The translations under genes were made by a program, and so were the position numbers. From NCBI RefSeq assembly GCF_964355755.1, contig NC_092675.1:13263812-13327811 (forward strand): 64,000 nucleotides of DNA. The letters run 5' to 3'. Within the stretch, counting starts at the first letter, position 1, and each line of letters begins with the position of its first letter. Shown piece by piece: positions 1-11,999 of the stretch. Source of the DNA: Antedon mediterranea. Taxonomy: Eukaryota > Animalia > Echinodermata. The notes under the pieces are model-generated. The model ran no database searches and was not told the DNA's origin. It saw nothing but the letters and a program-made list of their open reading frames with translations.

Positions 1-622
1 AAAAACATCAAAGAGCACAAAATAGCTTAATATCGTATTTAAAAATGTTTTAGACCATTTTGAGCATTTAGATAAAACTTTTTCACACAAAACACCAAAG
101 TGCTTAGAATAGCTTCAAATCGCATTTGGAGACGTTTTAGACCATTTTGTGATTTTTGAAAAAACTTGTTAACATAAAAACACCAAAATGTTAGAATAGC
201 TTCAAATCACATTTGGAGACGTTTCAGACCATTTTGTGATTTTCGAAAAAACTTGTTAACATAAAAACACGAAAGTGCTTAGAATAGCTTCAAATCGAAT
301 TTGGAAACGTTTTAGACCATTTTGTGATTTTCGAAAAAACTTGTTAACATAAAAACACGAAAGTGCTTAGAATAGCTTCAAATCGCATTTGGAAACGTTT
401 TAGACCATTTTGTGATTTTCGAAAAAAATTGTTAACATAAAAACACCAAAGTGTTTGGAATAGCTTCAAATCGCATTTGGAGACGTTTTAGACCAATTTG
501 TGATTTTCGAAAAAACTTATCAACATAAAAACACCAAAGGGTTTAGAATAGCTTCAAATCGCATTTGGAGACGTTTTAGACCATTTTGTGATTTTGAAAA
601 AACTTGTTAACATAAAAACACC

Positions 623-710
623 AAAGTGCTTAGAATAGCTTCAAATCGCATTTGGAGACGTTTTAGACCATTTTGTGATTTTCGAAAAAACTTGTTAACA
701 TAAAAACACC
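623..710 (+). repeat. Exemplar type A monomer (88 bp, most abundant)
   Basis: AAAGTGCTTAGAATAGCTTCAAATCGCATTTGGAGACGTTTTAGACCATTTTGTGATTTTCGAAAAAACTTGTTAACATAAAAACACC. Monomer starts at 272/360 and 623/711 are 88 bp apart; 28/88 GC. Confidence 0.97.
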
Positions 711-875
711 AAAGTGCTTAGAATAGCTTCAAATCGTATTTGGAGACGTTTTAGACCATTTTGAGATTTTCGAAAAAACTTGGTTACACAAAAACATCAA
801 AGTGCTTAAAATCACATTATAAACGGTTTTAGACCATTTTGAGCATTTCGATAACACTTTTCACACAAAAACATC

Positions 876-962
876 AAAGAGCACAAAATAGCTTAATATC
901 GTATTTAAAAACGTTTTAGACCATTTTGAGCATTTCGACAAAACTTTTTCACACAAAACACC
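876..962 (+). repeat. Exemplar type C monomer (87 bp)
   Basis: AAAGAGCACAAAATAGCTTAATATCGTATTTAAAAACGTTTTAGACCATTTTGAGCATTTCGACAAAACTTTTTCACACAAAACACC. Colinear with A but diverged, and found after a B-type 3' end. Confidence 0.96.
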
Positions 963-1050
963 AAAGTGCTTAGAATAGCTTCAAATCGCATTTGGAGACG
1001 TTTTAGACCAATTTGTGCATTTCGATGAAACTTGATTACACAAAAACATC
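963..1050 (+). repeat. Exemplar type D monomer (88 bp)
   Basis: A-type 5' half with a distinct 3' half, TTGTGCATTTCGATGAAACTTG(A/G)TTACACAAAAACATC. Followed by B or B'. Confidence 0.95.
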
Positions 1051-1127
1051 AAAGTGCTTAAAATCACATTATAAACCGTTTTAGACCATTTTGAGCATTT
1101 CGATAACACTTTTCACACAAAAACATC
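1051..1127 (+). repeat. Exemplar type B monomer (77 bp)
   Basis: AAAGTGCTTAAAATCACATTATAAACCGTTTTAGACCATTTTGAGCATTTCGATAACACTTTTCACACAAAAACATC. Lacks the decamer GAATAGCTTC of A plus 1 bp in the 3' half. Confidence 0.96.
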
Positions 1128-2837
1128 AAAGAGCACAAAATAGCTTAATATCGTATTTAAAAACGTTTTAGACCATTTTGAGCATTTAGACAAAACTTTT
1201 TCACACAAAACACCAAAGTGCTTAGAATAGCTTCAAATCGCATTTGGAGACGTTTTAGAACATTTTGTGTTTTTCGAAAAAAACTGTTAACATAAAAACA
1301 CCAAAGTGCTTAGAATAGCTTCAAATCGCATTTGGAGACGTTTTAGAACATTTTGTGTTCGTCGAAAAAACCTGTTAACATAAAAACACCAAAGTGCTTA
1401 GAATAGCTTCAAATCGCATTTGGAGACGTTTTAGACCATTTTGTGATTTTTGAAAAAACTTGTTAACATAAAAACACCAAAGTGCTTAGAATAGCTTCAA
1501 ATCACATTTGGAGACGTTTTAGACCATTTTGGGATTTTCGAAAAAACTTGTTAACATAAAAACACGAAAGTGCTTAGAATAGCTTCAAATCGCATTTGGA
1601 AACGTTTTAGACCATTTTGTGATTTTCGAAAAAGATTGTTAACATAAAAACACCAAAGTGCTTAGAATCACAATATAAACCGTTTTAGACCATTTTGAGC
1701 ATTTCGATAACAATTTTCACACAAAAACATCAAAGAGCACAAAATAGCTTAATATCGTATTTAAAAATGTTTTAGACCATTTTGAGCATTTAGATAAAAT
1801 TTTTCACACAAAACACCAAAGTGCTTAGAATAGCTTCAAATCGCATTTGGAGACGGTTTAGACCATTTTGTGATTTTGAAAAAACTTGTTAACATAAAAA
1901 CACCAAAGTGCTTAGAATAGCTTCAAATCGCATTTGGAGACGTTTTAGACCATTTTGTGATTTTCGAAAAAACTTGTTAACATAAAAACACCAAAGTGCT
2001 TAGAATAGCTTCAAATCGTATTTGGAGACGTTTTAGACCATTTTGAGATTTTCGAAAAAACTTGGTTACACAAAAACATCAAAGTGCTTAAAATCACATT
2101 ATAATCCGTTTTAGACCATTTTGAGCATTTCGATAACACTTTTCACACAAAAACATCAAAGAGCACAAAATAGCTTAATATCGTATTTAAAAACGTTTTA
2201 GACCATTTTGAGCATTTAGACAAAACTTTTTCACACAAAACACCAAAGTGTTTAGAATAGCTTCAAATCGCATTTGGAGACGTTTTAGACCATTTTGTGA
2301 TTTTCGAAAAAACTTGTTAACATAAAAACACCAAAGTGCTTCAAATCGCATTTGAGACATTTTAGACCAATTTGTGATTTTTGAAAAAACTTGTTAACAT
2401 AAAAACACCAAAGTGCTTACAATAGCTTCAAATCGTATTTGGAGACGTTTTAGACCATTTTGTGATTTTCGAAAAAACTTGTTAACATAAAAACACCAAA
2501 GTACTTAGAATAGCTTCAAATCGCATTTGGAGACGTTTTAGACCATTTTATGCATTTCGATGAAACTTGGTTACACAAAAACATCAATGTGCTTAAAATC
2601 ACATTATAATCCGTTTTAGACCATTTTGAGCATTTCGATAACACTTTTCACACAAAAACATCAAAGAGCACAAAATAGCTTAATATCGTATTTAAAAACT
2701 TTTTAGACCATTTTGAGCATTTCGACAAAACTTTTTCACACAAAACACCAAAGTGCTTAGAATAGCTTCAAATCGCATTTGGAGACGTTTTAGACCATTT
2801 TGTGATTTTCGAAAAAAATTGTTAACATAAAAACATC

Positions 2838-2926
2838 AAAGTGTACAGAATAGCTTCAAATCGCATTTGGAGACCGTTTTAGGCCAATTTGTGATTTTCG
2901 AAAAAACTTGTTAACCTAAAAATACC
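2838..2926 (+). repeat. Divergent 89-bp monomer (GTGTACAG...GAGACCGTTTTAGGCCAATT...AACCTAAAAATACC)
   Basis: GTAC marker counted at 2843, 8489, 9172, 9854, 17364, 26831, 28028, 28711, 29393, 45791 and 46473. Confidence 0.92.
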
Positions 2927-5900
2927 AAAGTGTTTAGAATAGCTTCAAATCGCATTTGGAGACGTTTTAGACCATTTTGTGATTTTCGAAAAAACTTGTT
3001 AACATAAAAACACCAAAGTGCTTAGAATAGCTTCAAATCGCATTTGGAGACATTTTAGACCAAATTGTGATTTTCTAAAAAACTTATCAACATAAAAACA
3101 CCAAAGGGTTTAGAATATCTTCAAATCGCATTTGGAGACGTTTTAGACCATTTTGTGATTTTCGAAAAAACTTGTTAACATAAAAACACCAAAGTGCTTA
3201 GAATAGCTTCAAATCGCATTTGGAGACGTTTTAGACCAATTTGTGATTTTCGAAAAAACTTATCAACATAAAAACACCAAAGGGTTTAGAATAGCTTCAT
3301 TTGGAGACGTTTTAGACCATTTTGTGATTTTGAAAAAACTTGTTAACATAAAAACACCAAAGTGCTTAGAAAAGCTTCAAATCGCATTTGGAGACGTTTT
3401 AGACCATTTTGTGATTTTCGAAAAAACTTGTTAACATAAAAACACCAAAGTGCTTAGAATAGCTTCAAATCGTATTTGGAGACGTTTTAGACCATTTTGA
3501 GATTTTCGAAAAAACTTGGTTACACAAAAACATCAAAGTGCTTAAAATCACATTATAAACCGTTTTAGACCATTTTGAGCATTTCGATAACACTTTTCAC
3601 ACAAAAACATCAAAGAGCACAAAATAGCTTAATATCGTATTTAAAAACGTTTTAGACCATTTTGAGCATTTAGACAAAACTTTTTCACACAAAACACCAA
3701 AGTGCTTAGAATAGCTTCAAATCGCATTTGGAGACGTTTTAGAACATTTTGTGTTTTTCGAAAAAAACTGTTAACATAAAAACACCAAAGTGCTTAGAAT
3801 AGCTTCAAATCGCATTTGGAGACGTTTTAGAACATTTTGTGTTCTTCGAAAAAACCTGTTAACATAAAAACACCAAAGTGCTTAGAATAGCTTCAAATCG
3901 CATTTGGAGACGTTTTAGACCATTTTGTGATTTTTGAAAAAACTTGTTAACATAAAAACACCAAAGTGCTTAGAATAGCTTCAAATCACATTTGGAGACG
4001 TTTTAGACCATTTTGTGATTTTCGAAAAAACTTGTTAACATAAAAACACGAAAGTGGTTAGAATAGCTTCAAATCGCATTTGGAAACGTTTTAGACCATT
4101 TTGTGATTTTCGAAAAAGATTGTTAACATAAAAACACCAAAGTGCTTAGAATCACAATATAAACCGTTTTAGACCATTTTGAGCATTTCGATAACAATTT
4201 TCACACAAAAACATCAAAGAGCACAAAATAGCTTAATATCGTATTTAAAAATGTTTTAGACCATTTTGAGCATTTAGATAAAACTTTTTCACACAAAACA
4301 CCAAAGTGCTTAGAATAGCTTCAAATCGCATTTGGAGACGGTTTAGACCATTTTGTGATTTTGAAAAAACTTGTTAACATAAAAACACCAAAGTGCTTAG
4401 AATAGCTTCAAATCGCATTTGGAGACGTTTTAGACCATTTTGTGATTTTCGAAAGAACTTGTTAACATAAAAACACCAAAGTGCTTAGAATAGCTTCAAA
4501 TCGTATTTGGAGACGTTTTAGACCATTTTGAGATTTTCGAAAAAACTTGGTTACACAAAAACATCAAAGTGCTTAAAATCACATTATAAACCGTTTTAGA
4601 CCATTTTGAACATTTCGATAACACTTTTCACACAAAAACATCAAAGAGCACAAAATAGCTTAATATCGTATTTAAAAACGTTTTAGACCATTTTGAGCAT
4701 TTCGACAAAACTTTTTCACACAAAACACCAAAGTGCTTAGAATAGCTTCAAATCGCATTTGGAGACGTTTTAGACCAATTTGTGCATTTCGATGAAACTT
4801 GATTACACAAAAACATCAACGTTCTTAAAATCACATTATAAACCGTTTTAGACCATTTTGAGCATTTCGATAACACTTTTCACACAAAAACATCAAAGAG
4901 CACAAAATAGCTTAATATCGTATTTAAAAACGTTTTAGACCATTTTTTGAGCATTTAGACAAAACTTTTTCACACAAAACACCAAAGTGCTTAGAATAGC
5001 TTCAAATCGCATTTGGAGACGTTTTAGACCATTTTGTGCATTTCGATGAAACTTGGTTACACAAAAACATCAAAGTGCTTAAAATGACATTATAAATCGT
5101 TTTAGACCATTTTGAGCATTTCGACAAAACTTTTTCACACAAAATACCAAAGGGCTTCAAATCGCATTTGGAGACGTTTTAGACCATTTTGTGATTTTCG
5201 AAAAAACTTTTTAACATAAAAACACCAAAGTGCTTAGAATAGCTTCAAATCGCATTTGGAAACGTTTTAGACCATTTTGTAATTTTCGAAAAAAATTGTT
5301 AACATAAAAACACCAAAGTGTTTAGAATAGCTTCAAATCGCATTTGGAGACGTTTTAGACCATTTTGTGATTTTCGAAAAAAATTGTTAACATAAAAACA
5401 CCAAAGTGCTTAGAATCACATTATAAACCGTTTTAGACCATTTTGAGAAATTCGATAACAATTTTCACACAAAAACATCAAAGAGCACAAAATAGCTTAA
5501 TATCGTATTTAAAAATGTTTTAGACCATTTTGAGCATTTAGATAAAACTTTTTCACACAAAACACCAAAGTGCTTAGAATAGCTTCAAATCGCATTTGGA
5601 GACGTTTTAGACCATTTTGTGATTTTTGAAAAAACTTGTTAACATAAAAACACCAAAGTGTTAGAATAGCTTCAAATCACATTTGGAGACGTTTCAGACC
5701 ATTTTGTGATTTTCGAAAAAACTTGTTAACATAAAAACACGAAAGTGCTTAGAATAGCTTCAAATCGAATTTGGAAACGTTTTAGACCATTTTGTGATTT
5801 TCGAAAAAACTTTTTAACATAAAAACACGAAAGTGCTTAGAATAGCTTCAAATCGCATTTGGAAACGTTTTAGACCATTTTGTGATTTTCGAAAAAAATT

Positions 5901-8483
5901 GTTAACATAAAAACACCAAAGTGTTTAGAATAGCTTCAAATCGCATTTGGAGACGTTTTAGACCAATTTGTGATTTTCGAAAAAACTTATCAACATAAAA
6001 ACACCAAAGGGTTTAGAATAGCTTCAAATCGCATTTGGAGACGATTTAGACCATTTTGTGATTTTGAAAAAACTTGTTAACATAAAAACACCAAAGTGCT
6101 TAGAATAGCTTCAAATCGCATTTGGAGACGTTTTAGACCATTTTGTGATTTTCGAAAAAACTTGTTAACATAAAAACACCAAAGTGCTTAGAATAGCTTC
6201 AAATCGTATTTGGAGGACGTTTTAGACCATTTTGAGATTTTCGAAAAAACTTGGTTACACAAAAACATCAAAGTGCTTAAAATCACATTATAAACCGTTT
6301 TAGACCATTTTGAGCATTTCGATAACACTTTTCACACAAAAACATCAAAGAGCACAAAATAGCTTAATATCGTATTTAAAAACGTTTTAGACCATTTTGA
6401 GCATTTCGACAAAACTTTTTCACACAAAACACCAAAGTGCTTAGAATAGCTTCAAATCGCATTTGGAGACGTTTTAGACCAATTTGTGCATTTCGATGAA
6501 ACTTGATTACACAAAAACATCAAAGTGCTTAAAATCACATTATAAACCGTTTTAGACCATTTTGAGCATTTCGATAACACTTTTCACACAAAAACATCAA
6601 AGAGCACAAAATAGCTTAATATCGTATTTAAAAACGTTTTAGACCATTTTGAGCATTTAGACAAAACTTTTTCACACAAAACACCAAAGTGCTTAGAATA
6701 GCTTCAAATCGCATTTGGAGACGTTTTAGAACATTTTGTGTTTTTCGAAAAAAACTGTTAACATAAAAACACCAAAGTGCTTAGAATAGCTTCAAATCGC
6801 ATTTGGAGACGTTTTAGAACATTTTGTGTTCTTCGAAAAAACCTGTTAACATAAAAACACCAAAGTGCTTAGAATAGCTTCAAATCGCATTTGGAGACGT
6901 TTTAGACCATTTTGTGATTTTTGAAAAAACCTGTTAACATAAAAACACCAAAGTTCTTAGAATAGCTTCAAATCACATTTGGAGACGTTTTAGACCATTT
7001 TGTGATTTTCGAAAAAACTTGTTAACATAAAAACACGAAAGTGCTTAGAATAGCTTCAAATCGCATTTGGAAACGTTTTAGACCATTTTGTGATTTTCGA
7101 AAAAGATTGTTAACATAAAAACACCAAAGTGCTTAGAATCACAATATAAACCGTTTTAGACCATTTTGAGCATTTCGATAACAATTTTCACACAAAAACA
7201 TCAAAGAGCACAAAATAGCTTAATATCGTATTTAAAAATGTTTTAGACCATTTTGAGCATTTAGATAAAATTTTTCACACAAAACACCAAAGTGCTTAGA
7301 ATAGCTTCAAATCGCATTTGAAGACGGTTTAGACCATTTTGTGATTTTGAAAAAACTTGTTAACATAAAAACACCAAAGTGCTAAGAATAGCTTCAAATC
7401 GCATTTGGAGACGTTTTAGACCATTTTGTGATTTTCGAAAAAACTTGTTAACATAAAAACACCAAAGTGCTTAGAATAGCTTCAAATCGTATTTGGAGAC
7501 GTTTTAGACCATTTTGAGATTTTCGAAAAAACTTGGTTACACAAAAACATCAAAGTGCTTAAAATCACATTATAAACCGTTTTAGACCATTTTGAACATT
7601 TCGATAACACTTTTCACACAAAAACATCAAAGAGCACAAAATAGCTTAATATCGTATTTAAAAACGTTTTAGACCTTTTTAAGCATTTCGACAAAACTTT
7701 TTCACACAAAACACCAAAGTGCTTAGAATAGCTTCAAATCGCATTTGGAGACGTTTTAGACCAATTTGTGCATTTCGATGAAACTTGATTACACAAAAAC
7801 ATCAACGTGCTTAAAATGACATTATAAACCGTTTTAGACCATTTTGAGCATTTCGATAACACTTTTCACACAAAAACATCAAAGAGCACAAAATAGCTTA
7901 ATATCGTATTTAAAAACGTTTTAGACCATTTTGAGCATTTAGACAAAACTTTTTCACACAAAACACCAAAGTGCTTAGAATAGCTTCAAATCGCATTTGG
8001 AGACGTTTTAGACCATTTTGTGATTTTTGAAAAAACTTGTTAACATAAAAACACCAAAGTGCTTAGAATAGCTTCAAATCACATTTGGAGACGTTTTAGA
8101 CCATTTTGTGATTTTCGAAAAAACTTATCAACATAAAAACACCAAAGGGTTTAGAATAGCTTCAAATCGCATTTGGAGACGTTTTAGACCATTTTGTGCA
8201 TTTCGATGAAACTTGATTACACAAAAACATCAACGTGCTTAAAATCACATTATAAACCGTTTTAGACCATTTTGAGCATTTCGATAACACTTTTCACACA
8301 AAAACATCAAAGAGCACAAAATAGCTTAATATCGTATTTAAAAACGTTTTAGACCATTTTGAGCATTTCGACAAAACTTTTTCACACAAAACACCAAAGT
8401 GCTTAGAATAGCTTCAAATCGCATTTGGAGACGTTTTAGACCATTTTGTGATTTTCGAAAAAACTTGTTAACATAAAAACATC

Positions 8484-9925
8484 AAAGTGTACAGAATAAC
8501 TTCAAATCGCATTTGGAGACCGTTTTAGGCCAATTTGTGATTTTCGAAAAAACTTGTTAACCTAAAAATACCAAAGTGTTTAGAATAGCTTCAAATCGCA
8601 TTTGGAGACGTTTTAGAACATTTTGTGATTTTCGAAAAAACTTGTTAACATAAAAACACCAAAGTGCTTCAAATCGCATTTGGAGACATTTTAGACCAAT
8701 TTGTGATTTTTGAAAAAACTTGTTAACATAAAAACACCAAAGTGCTTACAATAGCTTCAAATCGTATTTGGAGACGTTTTAGACAATTTTGTGATTTTCG
8801 AAAAAACTTGTTAACATAAAAACACCAAAGTACTTAGAATAGCTTCAAATCGCATTTGGAGACGTTTTAGACCATTTTATGCATTTCGATGAAACTTGGT
8901 TACACAAAAACATCAAAGTGCTTAAAATCACATTATAATCCGTTTTAGACCATTTTGAGCATTTCGATAACACTTTTCACACAAAAACATCAAAGAGCAC
9001 AAAATAGCTTAATATCGTATTTAAAAACTTTTTAGACCATTTTGAGCATTTCGACAAAACTTTTTCACACAAAACACCAAAGTGCTTAGAATAGCTTCAA
9101 TTCGCATTTGCAGACGTTTTAGACCATTTTGTGATTTTCGAAAAAAATTGTTAACATAAAAACATCAAAGTGTACAGAATAGCTTCAAATCGCATTTGGA
9201 GACCGTTTTAGGCCAATTTGTGATTTTCGAAAAAACTTGTTAACCTAAAAATACCAAAGTGTTTAGAATAGCTTCAAATCGCATTTGGAGACGTTTTAGA
9301 CCATTTTGTGATTTTCGAAAAAACTTGTTAACATAAAAACACCAAAGTGCTTCAAATCGCATTTGAGACATTTTAGACCAATTTGTGATTTTTGAAAAAA
9401 CTTGTTAACATAAAAACACCAAAGTGCTTACAATAGCTTCAAATCGTATTTGGAGACGTTTTAGACCATTTTGTGATTTTCGAAAAAACTTGTTAACATA
9501 AAAACACCAAAGTACTTAGAATAGCTTCAAATCGCATTTGGAGACGTTTTAGACCATTTTATGCATTTCGATGAAACTTGGTTACACAAAAACATCAAAG
9601 TGCTTAAAATCACATTATAATCCGTTTTAGACCATTTTGAGCATTTCGATAACACTTTTCACACAAAAACATCAAAGAGCACAAAATAGCTTAATATCGT
9701 ATTTAAAAACTTTTTAGACCATTTTGAGCATTTCGACAAAACTTTTTCACACAAAACACCAAAGTGCTTAGAATAGCTTCAAATCGCATTTGGAGACGTT
9801 TTAGACCATTTTGTGATTTTCGAAAAAAATTGTTAACATAAAAACATCAAAGTGTACAGAATAGCTTCAAATCGCATTTGGAGACCGTTTTAGGCCAATT
9901 TGTGATTTTCGAAAAAACTTGTTAA
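8484..9925 (+). repeat. 8-monomer higher-order repeat, 683/682 bp, ~2.1 tandem copies
   Basis: GTAC markers at 8489, 9172 and 9854. The unit is 89+88+78+88+88+77+87+88=683 bp; the second copy is 1 bp shorter (TTTGAGAC). Confidence 0.9.
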
Positions 9926-10529
9926 CATAAAAACACCAAAGTGCTTAGAATAGCTTCAAATCGCATTTGGAGACGTTTTAGACTATTTTGTGATTTTCGA
10001 AAAAACTTGTTAACATAAAAACACCAAAGTGCTTAAAATCACATTATAAACCGTTTTAGACCATTTTGAGAATTTCGATAACACTTTTCACACAAAAACA
10101 TCAAAGAGCACAAAATAGCTTAATATCGTATTTAAAAACGTTTTAGACCATTTTGAGCATTTCGACAAAACTTTTTCACACAAAACACCAAAGTGCTTAG
10201 AATAGCTTCAAATCGCATTTGGAGACGTTTTAGACCAATTTGTGCATTTCGATGAAACTTGATTACACAAAAACATCAAAGTGCTTAAAATCACATTATA
10301 AACCGTTTTAGACCATTTTGAGCATTTCGATAACACTTTTCACACAAAAACATCAAAGAGCACAAAATAGCTTAATATCGTATTTAAAAACGTTTTAGAC
10401 CATTTTGAGCATTTAGACAAAACTTTTTCACACAAAACACCAAAGTGCTTAGAATAGCTTCAAATCGCATTTGGAGACGTTTTAGACCATTTTGTGCATT
10501 TCGATGAAACTTGGTTACACAAAAACATC

Positions 10530-10606
10530 AAAGTGCTTAAAATCACATTATAAATCGTTTTAGACCATTTTGAGCATTTCGACAAAACTTTTTCACACAA
10601 AATACC
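10530..10606 (+). repeat. Exemplar B' monomer (77 bp; B 5' half fused to C 3' half)
   Basis: AAAGTGCTTAAAATCACATTATAAATCG...TTTCGACAAAACTTTTTCACACAAAATACC. Recurs with private variants AAATCG and AATACC. Confidence 0.9.
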
Positions 10607-10694
10607 AAAGTGCTTAGAATAGCTTCAAATCGCATTTGGAGACGTTTTAGACCATTTTGTGATTTTCGAAAAAACTTTTTAACATAAAAACACC

Positions 10695-10743
10695 AAAGTG
10701 CTTAGAATAGCTTCAAATCACATTTGGAGACATTTTAGACCAT
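10695..10743 (+). repeat. Truncated 49-bp monomer with junction GACCAT|AAGTGCTTAGAATCAC
   Basis: Junction CATAAG counted at 10741, 12917, 16149, 19622, 22303, 31324, 35300, 41996, 43392, 54714, 57406 and 62855. Confidence 0.93.
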
Positions 10744-11999
10744 AAGTGCTTAGAATCACATTATAAACCGTTTTAGACCATTTTGAGCATTTCGATAACA
10801 ATTTTCACACAAAAACATCAAAGAGCACAAAATAGCTTAATATCGTATTTAAAAATGTTTTAGACCATTTTGAGCATTTAGATAAAACTTTTTCACACAA
10901 AACACCAAAGTGCTTAGAATAGCTTCAAATCGCATTTGGAGACGTTTTAGACCAATTTGTGATTTTTGAAAAAACTTGTTAACATAAAAACACCAAAGTG
11001 CTTAGAATAGCTTCAAATCACATTTGGAGACGTTTTAGACCATTTTGTGATTTTGAACAAACTTGTTAACATAAAAACACCAAAGTGCTTAGAATAGCTT
11101 CAAATCGTATTTGGAGACGTTTTAGACCATTTTGAGATTTTCGAAAAAACTTGGTTACACAAAAACATCAAAGTGCTTAAAATCACATTATAAACCGTTT
11201 TAGACCATTTTGAGCATTTCGATAACACTTTTCACACAAAAACATCAAAGAGCACAAAATAGCTTAATATCGTATTTAAAAACGTTTTAGACCATTTTGA
11301 GCATTTCGACAAAACTTTTTCACACAAAACACCAAAGTGCTTAGAATAGCTTCAAATCGCATTTGGAGACGTTTTAGACCAATTTGTGCATTTCGATGAA
11401 ACTTGATTACACAAAAACATCAAAGTGCTTAAAATCACATTATAAAACGTTTTAGACCATTTTGAGCATTTCGATAACACTTTTCACACAAAAACATCAA
11501 AGAGCACAAAATAGCTTAATATCGTATTTAAAAACGTTTTAGACCATTTTGAGCATTTAGACAAAACTTTTTCACACAAAACACCAAAGTGCTTAGAATA
11601 GCTTCAAATCGCATTTGGAGACGTTTTAGACCATTTTGTGCATTTCGATGAAACTTGGTTACACAAAAACATCAAAGTGCTTAAAATCACATTATAAATC
11701 GTTTTAGACCATTTTGAGCATTTCGACAAAACTTTTTCACACAAAATACCAAAGTGCTTAGAATAGCTTCAAATCGCATTTGGAGACGTTTTAGACCATT
11801 TTGTGATTTTCGAAAAAACTTTTTAACATAAAAACACCAAAGTGCTTAGATTAGCTTCAAATCACATTTGGAGACATTTTAGACCATTTTGTGATTTTCG
11901 AAAAAACTTGTTAACATAAAAACACGAAGTGCTTAGAATAGCTTCAAATCGCATTTGGAAACGTTTTAGACCATTTTGTGATTTTCGAAAAAACTTGTT

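Larger units (their letters stand above)
876..1127 (+). repeat. 252-bp C-D-B trimer module
   Basis: 87+88+77 bp. Recurs throughout the window, with consecutive copies at about 42420-43180 and 51600-52260. Confidence 0.92.

Noticed and set aside
536-548. AGGGTTTAG resembling plant telomere repeat or telo-box in the AAAGGGTTTAGAAT variant
   Set aside because: Only a 9-bp match, derived by two substitutions from AGTGCTTAG. It is never tandem and is not a full AAACCCTA box.
678-697. Possible CENP-B box at TTTCGAAAAAAC
   Set aside because: It has TTCG....A but lacks the essential CGGG of the 17-bp box.
3243-3434. 63-aa ORF (+)
   Set aside because: It is a read-through of about two satellite monomers opened by a 7-bp deletion and a point variant. 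The peptide repeats (FGDVLDHFVI) mirror the DNA repeat and there is no gene context.
6205-6222. Singleton variants such as GGAGGACG and homopolymer length changes
   Set aside because: Single-copy changes cannot be distinguished from sequencing or consensus error, so I did not interpret them.
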